Source: Clostridiales bacterium
GTDB lineage: Bacteria > Acidobacteriota > Aminicenantia > Aminicenantales > UBA8522
Length of the DNA: 64,000 bases
Direction of reading: 5' to 3'
NCBI GenBank assembly: GCA_029907205.1
Contig: JARYMI010000010.1
Coordinates: forward strand, 16,097-80,096
The notes under the pieces were generated by a model, which searched no databases, had not been told where the DNA came from, and saw only the letters and a program-made list of their open reading frames with translations. The position numbers were made by a program, and so were the translations under genes. Positions 1 to 7,919 of the stretch are shown here, piece by piece (the first letter of the stretch is position 1; each line of letters begins with the position of its first letter).

Positions 1-950
1 CCGGTTACAGAAAGGTCGCTCGCTGTGCTCTCCGGGCTGTAGCGCCAGCCGCCATAAGAATCCTCATCCTTATTAATCGGTCCACCCAATGCTGCGGGCT
101 TGCGCTCGGTGTTTTGAGAGTCGATAATGACCCGGAGGCCGTCCTCGGCCATCGGCTTGAGTTTTGCCTCTTTGAGCTCCGACTGAGCCTCGATGGCGGC
201 CAGGGTGGCGATTGCCTGAGAATACATCCCGTCGGTCGCGTTTTTCCAGCCGGATTTTGGCCCCCCATCATAAAGCGGCCCCTCGTCAAACTCCGACTGA
301 AGATAGCCCAGGCCAGCCCGGATGTTCCGGCCATAGTCCTGGCCGGTGCATTTTCCGCCGATAAGCGCCATGATGGCCAGCCCAGATTTTCCGACATGAT
401 CTTCGCCAAAAAAACCTTCTTTTGTCTGCTCTGCGGCAAGGTAATCGAGCGCTTTCTTGATGGCCCGCGCGACTTCGGCTGGAGAGGCGGGCGGCGAGAC
501 CGGCTTTCCGGCGCGAAGAGTGTACGGCTCGCTCGGGTTCGTTCCTTCGGCGTCCACCCTGATCAAGAATTTTCCGGGCCGCTGCCTCATCCTGACGATT
601 TTTTCTCCCTTGCCTTCCTTGTTCCCATCCATTTTAATGATATATTCGTCTGCCTTTGAAGCATCATAGAGCCTCAGGCTGAGGTCAATGTCAGCGACGC
701 CGGAGATCTCGATGACCAGGATGTCCAGGCCCGGTGCCGGGATGGTCAGGGCATACCAATCCTCGTCATCGTCTGTATTAGCGAACGCTTTGATCACTGT
801 GTTTAGGGGGAGGACGTTGGCCTGCCTGGCCTCGTCGTTCGGCTCGGCCTCTGTCTGGGCCGGCAACTGACCGGATATGAAGAGGGTCAACAGAAAAATT
901 CCCGCTGAAATAATTCCCATCCTAAATCTCAGTTTTTGGCGTTGAATCAT
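1..950 (-). CDS. Secreted protein, N-terminal PPC-like domain plus prenyltransferase/squalene-oxidase-like (alpha/alpha toroid) repeats; runs off the window start
   Basis: Not in the ORF track because it has no stop in the window. Translated by hand from ATG at 950 (RBS GGAGG): signal-like MIQRQKLRFRMGIISAGIFLLTLFISGQLPAQ, then EAEPND...DDEDWY (PPC-type), AIKKALDYLAAEQTKEG, MYSQAIATLA and GGWRYSPESTASDLSVT (prenyltransferase-like repeat motifs). Confidence 0.75.
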   Translation of the reverse strand, partial: MIQRQKLRFRMGIISAGIFLLTLFISGQLPAQTEAEPNDEARQANVLPLNTVIKAFANTDDDEDWYALTIPAPGLDILVIEISGVADIDLSLRLYDASKADEYIIKMDGNKEGKGEKIVRMRQRPGKFLIRVDAEGTNPSEPYTLRAGKPVSPPASPAEVARAIKKALDYLAAEQTKEGFFGEDHVGKSGLAIMALIGGKCTGQDYGRNIRAGLGYLQSEFDEGPLYDGGPKSGWKNATDGMYSQAIATLAAIEAQSELKEAKLKPMAEDGLRVIIDSQNTERKPAALGGPINKDEDSYGGWRYSPESTASDLSVT

Positions 951-999
951 TGCCGTTTCCTCCTGTTGTCTGTTCTCAAAATCGATTAGTCCAGACGTC

Positions 1000-3576
1000 C
1001 TATTTTTTTATGCCTTTTTCCCAGAGGGCCTCGCAGAGGCTTCCCATCGCCCAGTTAATTGTTTCGTTGATGATGATGTTTGTCCAGTTGACATCGATAT
1101 CCATGAAGGCGGCGGCCACGCCAGCGGCATTGGTGCAGATTATATTCCAGATGCACTCGATGACGAGCTCGTCGTGCTGCGGCCGGTTCCCCCGCAGGGG
1201 AGCCGTGATGGCAGCGCCCAGACATCTTCCGAGCGCTCCGTAGTACTCGAGCATTCCTTTCAATTGAAGGGCGATCTCGACTTTCTCGGCATATTCCGTC
1301 ATGGCTTGGCCAGCGCCTTTTTCTCCCACCCCGAGAAAATTCCCCGTCTCCGGGTTCAGACGCCACCAGGCGAACCGGGGTTTTCCGGCCACTGGGATTT
1401 CTTTTTCCGGCACGAGGATATCAAAGCCGCGGCCGATTTCCTGCTCGAGACGAGCCCGAGCGTCGGCCGATACCTGAACGCGTTTCCAGTCAGGATCATC
1501 GGGTCCCTGGACGAAAAGCCAGCTTATGCCCTGTGTCCTTGACTGCTTGAAAAGAAGAGCGGTGTTTTCGACTGTTCTGCTCTCTCCCATCTCATGGGCT
1601 TCGACCAGGGTGTCGAGGATTCCCTGCTCGACACGGACCGAGAAGGGATGAGCACTTGTTTTTCTGGCTGTGCTGATGTCGTTGGCGATGATATCGATGC
1701 TTTCCGTTGTTATGAGTTCCCCCCGGTCATTCTCTGTCAGGCTCGAGCGGCGTGCCAGGAGGTTTGGAGTTGACAGGGAGATTTCATTTTGATAAGGGCT
1801 GAGCTTGAGCCGTTTCAGAGCAACGCTTGAGAGTTTCGCTGACATGGGTTTTATCTTGGTCATTTCCAAGAATAACTCTTGAGGGTCCCAACGCCCGTAG
1901 TTTTCGACAAGGTTCAGGTAAACGTCTCTATTGAGAAGCACGTGGCTGGCTGTCCGCTCTTCGATAAATTCCGGTGACAGCTCGCAGACAAGCGGCAGGA
2001 CCTCGGTTTCGCCCAGAATCTTGAGGGCCCGGTCCATCCGGTGCTTTTCTGTCAGCTTCCAGGCGCGAAAGTTTTTCGTCTGCCTGGCCGCCGGTCCGAT
2101 AAGGTCAAAGACCTCTCGTCTGTGGACCTGGACGGGCCGGCCCGGTGAGTGGATCTCAAATTCCAGCCATTCGGCCGTAAGAAAGGCCTTTTCGTCTGAC
2201 TTCGCCGCTTTTTCTTTTTCCTTCTCCTTAGCCTCTTCCTCCTCTTCCTTGCCGGCCAGGCCACCAAAAAGGCCGCCGATGGCTCCGGCCTTGCCTTTTT
2301 TCGGCCCTGGTTTCTGGCTGGGTTCATCGCTGACATTCCCTTGAGCCGTAACGTAAGATTTTCCGACCGCTTCTCCATCAACCTCCAGCACAACTTGCCA
2401 CTCGGTCTGTTTGGCCACGGCTTCTTTAAGAAAAGGCATAGGTTCTGGAGCGGTTAAAAACTTTTCATCCGGAGGCCAGTTCAAAGGAAGATGCCGCACA
2501 ACCATCCTCTGGCCCAGCGTTTTCGGAGGGACAAAGCTGTGCTGAAGAACGGGCCTTTCCTTGAGATCGCCCGCCTCGAACTGCTCGGCGATTATTCTGA
2601 TCTTGATGCTATGGAAAAGGTCTTCTTCGAGGTCTTCGGGTTTAAATGTCTCCTCGGGTTCGCCAAAAACTTGACCGGGGTCAGCGCCGGGCGAAGCCGG
2701 GTCAAAGTCAACCCAGTCATCACCCTTTTCCCATTGGACCCACCAGTGGTCCTTCAGGTCATCTGCGCCGGCGCTTTCTTCTCTCCGGCTCTGTTTTATT
2801 GACTTGTCCAGAATAGCGAGGATGTCCGCGGCTAACTCTTTGTGCTGAGACTTGATTTGCCGAATTTTATTTTCCTGTTCTCGCTGGGCTTTGGCTATTG
2901 TCTCGACGAGGTGTTTGTGGTCGAGCGCGTAGTTCTGGACGTAGAGAGCAAGCAAATCATCCTGGTTTCGAAGAGTCGGCTGATGGAGCGATGAAGCCCT
3001 GCTTCTTGGTTTTGATTCTATTCTTTTTAGAATCGTGACGGCTTCTTCTTCCGAAAGATGGCGCCTGGCGAGCCTCGCTTCATATCCGGCCAGCCGCAGC
3101 AGCTCGCAGAGGAGAAGTGCTCGATCAAGACTGTTGCCCCGTCGGTCCATCAGGACACCGACCGGGCCACGCAGGCTACCCTGGTAGGGGATAAGATAGG
3201 TCTCGTCGCGGACCCATTCGAAGAGCTTGATGGCATCGCTTCCGGCCTTCCGGACGACGGCCTCAGGATCGAACGTCTCCCGCGGAATCCTCTGGATCGC
3301 GTCTTCAAGAGCCGCGAACGTGTTTTCCAGCCTCTTGGCTGCAAGTTCAGCGTCAGCCGGGTCGATCTCGGTATTTTGCCCGATTCGCTCCTCTGCGGAT
3401 TCCCGAGGTTCCGGGGAACTGGCGGTTTCGGAGACAACTTTTTGGTTGTTTATCCGGGCCGGGTTTTCCGCCTTTTTTCCCTTGGTGCACGAAACAAGGC
3501 CGATCAAGAGGAGGATAAATAGACTAAAGATAAAAAATGACGGTCTCTTGTTTTTGCGTTTTCGATTGAGAGTCAT
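1000..3576 (-). CDS. Large lipoprotein with transglutaminase-like domain
   Basis: Likely ATG at 3576 with GGAG RBS; lipobox LVSC; YQGSLRGPVGVLMDRRGNSLDRALLLCELLRLAGY and DHWWVQ...WVDFDP motifs of the transglutaminase-like fold. Confidence 0.7.
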   Translation of the reverse strand: MTLNRKRKNKRPSFFIFSLFILLLIGLVSCTKGKKAENPARINNQKVVSETASSPEPRESAEERIGQNTEIDPADAELAAKRLENTFAALEDAIQRIPRETFDPEAVVRKAGSDAIKLFEWVRDETYLIPYQGSLRGPVGVLMDRRGNSLDRALLLCELLRLAGYEARLARRHLSEEEAVTILKRIESKPRSRASSLHQPTLRNQDDLLALYVQNYALDHKHLVETIAKAQREQENKIRQIKSQHKELAADILAILDKSIKQSRREESAGADDLKDHWWVQWEKGDDWVDFDPASPGADPGQVFGEPEETFKPEDLEEDLFHSIKIRIIAEQFEAGDLKERPVLQHSFVPPKTLGQRMVVRHLPLNWPPDEKFLTAPEPMPFLKEAVAKQTEWQVVLEVDGEAVGKSYVTAQGNVSDEPSQKPGPKKGKAGAIGGLFGGLAGKEEEEEAKEKEKEKAAKSDEKAFLTAEWLEFEIHSPGRPVQVHRREVFDLIGPAARQTKNFRAWKLTEKHRMDRALKILGETEVLPLVCELSPEFIEERTASHVLLNRDVYLNLVENYGRWDPQELFLEMTKIKPMSAKLSSVALKRLKLSPYQNEISLSTPNLLARRSSLTENDRGELITTESIDIIANDISTARKTSAHPFSVRVEQGILDTLVEAHEMGESRTVENTALLFKQSRTQGISWLFVQGPDDPDWKRVQVSADARARLEQEIGRGFDILVPEKEIPVAGKPRFAWWRLNPETGNFLGVGEKGAGQAMTEYAEKVEIALQLKGMLEYYGALGRCLGAAITAPLRGNRPQHDELVIECIWNIICTNAAGVAAAFMDIDVNWTNIIINETINWAMGSLCEALWEKGIKK

Positions 3577-3607
3577 TTTTTTTCTCCTTTTTGCCCCAAG
3601 CATGGCT

Positions 3608-5002
3608 CTATGGCTCCATAAGTTTGCTTAAACTAAAGTTGTTCTCGCTCTCGTAGCCGCGGTAGTAGAGGGTCTCCGGCATTTCGTCAATCCTGTAGGC
3701 GAGCTTGAAGCGGACAAAAGTTTCGGGCGGGATGATGAAGGGAGTCGGCGGCCGGTGGAAGAGTCCATTCGTGGCCTCTTCGTCGAAATAGATGTCCTCG
3801 CCTTCCGCCTTCAGGATGAACTGGGCGTCAGTCTGGATTTCGATGCCGCTTTTGACCAGCGACCGTATGCCGAGGTCCAGAATGACGATCCCCTTATCCC
3901 GGCGTGCTCCAAAGAGCATGATTTCCATGGTCTGTCCGTCCTTGTGGATAGCCCGGGGCTTAACCGCTGGCAAAGCTGCAGGTGTCGTGGTCAGTGCGAG
4001 AAGATAGACACGGTTCTGGACACGCATGCCCAGGCTGATTTCCTTTTCGGCTGCCGGTACGAGGAAGGCGACCTCCTGGCTTTGATAAAAATCAGGAGTG
4101 AATCGGATGTAACCTTCCTCTGTGGTCGAGCCGCCCGAGCTGTAATATAAATGCCCCTCTTTTGTCGCCACCCAGATGTACTCCTGGGGCTCCACTTGGA
4201 CAATGTTTTTTTCTGCGCCGCTAGAAGAGAGGCTCTTTCCGGTGAGTTTGACCACGGCGTAGCGCCAGCCTTCCGGCGCTTCCTCTTCGTTGTATTCAGC
4301 CCGAAAGTCGATTGCGGTGGCGGCCAGCTCCAAGAAACTGTCCTTGAACTCGCCGAGCGCCCTGGGCTTGGCCGCTCTGGCGCCGGTCGCGAGTTTGAGA
4401 TCGCCTTTTAGCGGGATCAAGATATGGCCGTAAGAATAGTCGAAAAATTGGAAGGCGATGTTCCGGGAATTTTCAGGGATGAGATAGACAAATCGCACCC
4501 TTTTCACGTCCCCTTGCTTGGGAAGAGAGAATCCCTTCTTGAGGCTGATCCCTCCCGGGACCGACTCAGTCAGCTTGTCGAGAGAGTAGGTCTCGCCGTC
4601 GGCCAGGATGTAGGCGTGGTCGAAAAAATTGGGCACAAGATAGGCCACGTCTGCATCGACCATTTCCTCTTCCTTTGCTTCCTTTTTTTTGCCTCCCAAC
4701 AGTGTTCCTGTGCCCATCGTCCGGTCCTGCTTGCCCTCAAGCTTGCTTTTTTCAATCTTCTGCTTGGGATGGATGTTTGTCCATTCCGTCTCGAGGACGA
4801 AGAAAGCTTTTCCGGCGGGCGCGGCCTGGGAGGCCACGTCTTTTTCGAAGCCTGATTCGGTCACAGTGACTTTGGCCGCTTTGTTGGCGGACTTCTCGGA
4901 TGCAGCCGCGCTTTCCTGATGAGCTTTCGACAGGGAGCTCGACACTGCAAAAAGAATCAAAGCCGTCAAAAACCATGGAGATTGATGCCGACGGAAAAAC
5001 AT
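3608..5002 (-). CDS. Secreted protein with about three DUF4352-like (Ig-like) beta-sandwich repeats
   Basis: ATG at 5002 with AAGGAGG RBS; signal peptide; repeated APAGKAFFVLETEWTN / APEGWRYAVVKLTGKS and VRFVYLIP / EVAFLVP / FKLAYRI patterns. Confidence 0.55.
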   Translation of the reverse strand: MFFRRHQSPWFLTALILFAVSSSLSKAHQESAAASEKSANKAAKVTVTESGFEKDVASQAAPAGKAFFVLETEWTNIHPKQKIEKSKLEGKQDRTMGTGTLLGGKKKEAKEEEMVDADVAYLVPNFFDHAYILADGETYSLDKLTESVPGGISLKKGFSLPKQGDVKRVRFVYLIPENSRNIAFQFFDYSYGHILIPLKGDLKLATGARAAKPRALGEFKDSFLELAATAIDFRAEYNEEEAPEGWRYAVVKLTGKSLSSSGAEKNIVQVEPQEYIWVATKEGHLYYSSGGSTTEEGYIRFTPDFYQSQEVAFLVPAAEKEISLGMRVQNRVYLLALTTTPAALPAVKPRAIHKDGQTMEIMLFGARRDKGIVILDLGIRSLVKSGIEIQTDAQFILKAEGEDIYFDEEATNGLFHRPPTPFIIPPETFVRFKLAYRIDEMPETLYYRGYESENNFSLSKLMEP

Positions 5003-5123
5003 GCTCGCCTCCTTCGCCAGATTGGCGTTTTTTGAAACCCTCTTCCAAAAAGATGCGAGAGTATATCGAAATCGGGATCGTGTCCCCAACTTCTATAGCA
5101 AAAATATATTTTTTTCTTCCGGT

Positions 5124-5177
5124 TGTCAATTCTGCCAGTCGGCAGAATTGACTGGCCGCCTCCGCCTCTGGTATTCT
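5124..5177. promoter_or_regulatory. Back-to-back sigma70-like promoters whose -35 boxes form a perfect palindrome
   Basis: GTCAATTCTGCC-agtc-GGCAGAATTGAC (5125-5152). TTGACA on the minus strand; TTGACT-N18-TATTCT with TGn on the plus strand. Confidence 0.5.
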
Positions 5178-5232
5178 GAGCCGGAATAGCCCAACTGGCC
5201 TGGATTATTCATGAAATGAACCGGGAAAATTT

Positions 5233-5312
5233 CCCTCTCCCTTGAAGGAAGAAGGTCGGGGTGAGGGTGACAATAAGAAGATCTTCCTCCCCTCCGGCCA
5301 GGGGAGACGGGG
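5233..5312. repeat. Degenerate REP-like palindromic element (CCCTCTCCC...GGGGTGAGGG type)
   Basis: ccctctcccttgaaggaagaaggtcggggtgagggtg followed by the hairpin ctcccct-ccggcc-aggggag. Confidence 0.45.
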
Positions 5313-5361
5313 TTATCGTATTATTTTCTGAATGTATCAGGCTGTCCAAAAGGAGGCGAGA

Positions 5362-6363
5362 ATGAGTGCGATAGACCCGACCCGGATTGTCGCGATGGCC
5401 AACGTTTTCTACGATTCCTGCGTTCTTTTTGCGGCTTCTGACCTGGGAATTTTCAAGAGGCTTGCGGAGCTCGGGGAGGCTGACCTTGAGACCATCATCT
5501 CAGCCTGCAGCCTCGACCGCCGCGGCGGCCGGCTTCTTCTCGATGCCTGCGTCGCACTCGGTTTATGCGAAAAGCGGGAAGGTCGCTACCGAAACAGCCC
5601 CGAAGCAGCGCTTTTCCTCGTGTCCGGCTCGCCCGCTGACCTGAGTGGTGCCATCCGCTACAACCGCGACGTTTACAGCGCCTGGGGAAGGCTTCGGGAA
5701 ATGGTCCAGACCGGGAAGCCGGTAGAGAGGCCAGAGCTTCATTTAGGCAAGGACGAAGAGCGCACCCGGACGTTTGTCCTGGCCATGCACCACCGTGCCC
5801 TTGGAATCGGCCAGGCCGTGGTGCCGCTTCTCGACCTTTCAGGGAAGAAGAAAATCCTCGACGTTGGCGGCGGGCCGGGCACCTATTCGATGCTCATTGC
5901 CCGGGCGTTTCCCGGAGTTGAATGCACGGTACTTGACTTGCCCGAAGTCGTGAAAATCGCCGGCGAGCTGGTTGGGCAAGCCGGGATGGCCGAAAGAATC
6001 AAGCTGGTTGGGGGCGATTATCACCGGATTACCTTTCCGGAGGCAAACGATGCCGTCCTCTTTTTCGGCGTCCTCCATCAGGAGGATGAGGAGACAATCC
6101 GCGATCTTCTCCGCCGCGCCCATGATTGCCTGGTTCCCGGCGGCCGCATCTACGTCCTCGACATGATGACCGATTCGAGCCGTGCGCGGCCGAAGTTCTC
6201 GGCTCTTTTCAGCCTCAACATGGCCCTGACCACGGAGCGCGGCTGGGTGTTTTCGGATGAGGACCTCTCCCGCTGGCTCGCCGAGGCCGGCTTTGGCGAT
6301 TTCTCGTGCCGGTCGCTCCCGCCGCCCATGCCCCACTGGCTTGCCTCAGCCCGGCGCCCCTGA
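5362..6363 (+). CDS. SAM-dependent O-methyltransferase (Methyltransf_2 with dimerisation domain)
   Basis: AAGGAGG RBS before ATG at 5362; LDVGGGPG motif I, VLDLPEV, GDY, VLHQ; N-terminal DLGIF...LLDACVALGL. Confidence 0.9.
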   Translation: MSAIDPTRIVAMANVFYDSCVLFAASDLGIFKRLAELGEADLETIISACSLDRRGGRLLLDACVALGLCEKREGRYRNSPEAALFLVSGSPADLSGAIRYNRDVYSAWGRLREMVQTGKPVERPELHLGKDEERTRTFVLAMHHRALGIGQAVVPLLDLSGKKKILDVGGGPGTYSMLIARAFPGVECTVLDLPEVVKIAGELVGQAGMAERIKLVGGDYHRITFPEANDAVLFFGVLHQEDEETIRDLLRRAHDCLVPGGRIYVLDMMTDSSRARPKFSALFSLNMALTTERGWVFSDEDLSRWLAEAGFGDFSCRSLPPPMPHWLASARRP

Positions 6364-6396
6364 CATCAATTTCAGGAAACGCATGGTTGAAGCTAT

Positions 6397-6431
6397 TTCA
6401 GGCGTCTTCGGCAGTTCTGGCCGAACCTGAA
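6397..6431 (+). terminator. Possible terminator hairpin after the methyltransferase
   Basis: ttcagg..ttcggc-agttctg-gccgaa-cctgaa stem; weak U tract. Confidence 0.3.
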
Positions 6432-6632
6432 GCCTTTCCTGTCCGTGTCGGCGAGGCTGTTTGAAAAATGCATCACGCAGCGCTTCTCTTTTTTCCAACT
6501 CGATCTGACCAGAGTAGACGCCGAGAGCGCGAACGATTCAACCGGAGTGAAGTCATGATGATGGAATAGTGGTGAAGCACGACGCGTCTGCAGCTCAGTG
6601 AATAGGTCGACGGATGTTTTAGGACATAAGAA

Positions 6633-6660
6633 TTGACAAGGAGAATGGGCTGTGCATAAT
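6633..6660 (+). promoter_or_regulatory. Sigma70-like promoter
   Basis: TTGACA-N16-CATAAT upstream of a structured leader and the SagB-like gene. Confidence 0.5.
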
Positions 6661-6815
6661 TTCTTTCGCCGAAGGGCGGCGTCAAGGCGGCCGCGTTCTG
6701 CTTGAGGAATGCACCATCGAAATCGGCGGCTAATTCGGTCTGTTGCGTCGCCCTTCCGACAAAACCCGAATAGCTGAGTATCAGTTTTTAGCTTAGGAAT
6801 AAAGGAGGAACAAAA

Positions 6816-7586
6816 ATGTCCAAAAAAATTTGTCCTGCGGTGGTGGTTGTGGTTATGTTTGTTCTTTTGTTGGCAATGAGCGGGTTCGCTCAGGAGCCTG
6901 CGGCAGAAAAGAGCAAACAGGGCTCTGAGGCAGAGATCATCTCATTGCCAGCTCCTCAGTATGACGGCTGGATATCTGTTGAAAAAGCAATCAGCCTGCG
7001 GAGATCGGTCAGAGAATATGTCGATTCCCCGCTCTCGATTTCAGAAATTTCCCAGATTCTCTGGGCTGCCCAGGGATTCACACGCGAGAGGAAAGACCCG
7101 CCCCGGATGTGGAATCCAAAATACGAATGGCAGGGCGGGTTGCGCACAGCTCCCTCTGCCGGCGCTCTTTACCCCATGGAAATTTACTTGTTGGCGGGAA
7201 ACGTCGAAGGCCTGACCAAAGGGGTTTATAAGTTCATTCCGAAAAATCACTCTCTTAAGAAAGTGATGAACGTCGATAAGAGAACAGATTTGTGCAATGC
7301 GGCGCTCAAGCAGGCGTCTGTAGAAAAGGCAGCCGCTGTTATCGTCATGGCCGGGGTCTACGAAAGAACGTCGTTTAAGTATGGCGAAAGGGCGGAAAGA
7401 TATGTCCACATCGAGGTCGGAAGCATCGCCGAAAATGTCTATTTGCAGGGGATGACGTTAGGGATAGGAACGGTGATTATCGGGGCCTTCAATGACAAAG
7501 ATGTCAAGAGCGTTCTCCAGCTGCCCGAGGATGAGCACCCCTTGGCCATCATGCCCTTAGGCAAAATGCCCAAAGCAGCAGGCTAA
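6816..7586 (+). CDS. SagB/ThcOx-family nitroreductase-fold dehydrogenase with N-terminal signal peptide
   Basis: RRSVREY, LWAAQG, RTAPSAGALYP, KYGERAERY..EVG motifs; GGAGG RBS. Confidence 0.9.
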   Translation: MSKKICPAVVVVVMFVLLLAMSGFAQEPAAEKSKQGSEAEIISLPAPQYDGWISVEKAISLRRSVREYVDSPLSISEISQILWAAQGFTRERKDPPRMWNPKYEWQGGLRTAPSAGALYPMEIYLLAGNVEGLTKGVYKFIPKNHSLKKVMNVDKRTDLCNAALKQASVEKAAAVIVMAGVYERTSFKYGERAERYVHIEVGSIAENVYLQGMTLGIGTVIIGAFNDKDVKSVLQLPEDEHPLAIMPLGKMPKAAG

Positions 7587-7681
7587 GCGGGGCCGGATAT
7601 AACTTCGGCATTTCTTTTCCCACTTAGCAGTCAGCCTGGAATTTACATCGGCTGGTCAATGAAGTAATATTGTTATCACGC

Positions 7682-7757
7682 GCGCCTGTAGCTCAGTGGA
7701 TAGAGCGACGGACTCCGGATCCGTAGGTCGCAGGTTCGACCCCTGTCAGGCGCGCCA
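7682..7757 (+). tRNA. tRNA-Arg(CCG)
   Basis: Cloverleaf with GCGCCTG/CAGGCGC acceptor, ACGGA-CTCCGGA-TCCGT anticodon arm, GGTTCGA T loop and encoded CCA. Confidence 0.96.
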
Positions 7758-7774
7758 TTCCTTTCCTCGGCTTG

Positions 7775-7894
7775 CTACCTCCGCATTTTTTCTTTCATTA
7801 GCTTAATGAATTCCCGGAGCGGGAAGACGATCCAGACGATGAAGACAGCGAACCCGATGAGCCAGATCGTTGCGGTTAGCCAATCGATGCGCAT
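7775..7894 (-). CDS. 39-aa single-TM membrane protein, putative SSS accessory subunit
   Basis: MRIDWLTATIWLIGFAVFIVWIVFPLREFIKLMKEKMRR; TAAGGAG RBS; starts 25 nt after the SSS stop codon. Confidence 0.7.
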   Translation of the reverse strand: MRIDWLTATIWLIGFAVFIVWIVFPLREFIKLMKEKMRR

Positions 7895-7919
7895 CTCTAT
7901 CGCTCCTTAGCGATCGCCC

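Noticed and set aside
5-870. ORF-track ORFs 5..439, 114..659, 457..669 and 688..870
   Set aside because: They are shadows of the real minus-strand gene starting at 950, which has recognisable motifs and an RBS.
6454-6470. aggctgtttgaaaaatg, resembling an IS5-type/MITE terminal repeat
   Set aside because: No convincing partner IR and no transposase remnant nearby.
6680-6745. SAM-I riboswitch call for the leader
   Set aside because: The core GAGGGA/GGCCC, GCAACC and AGAU elements are missing; kept only as an unclassified structure.
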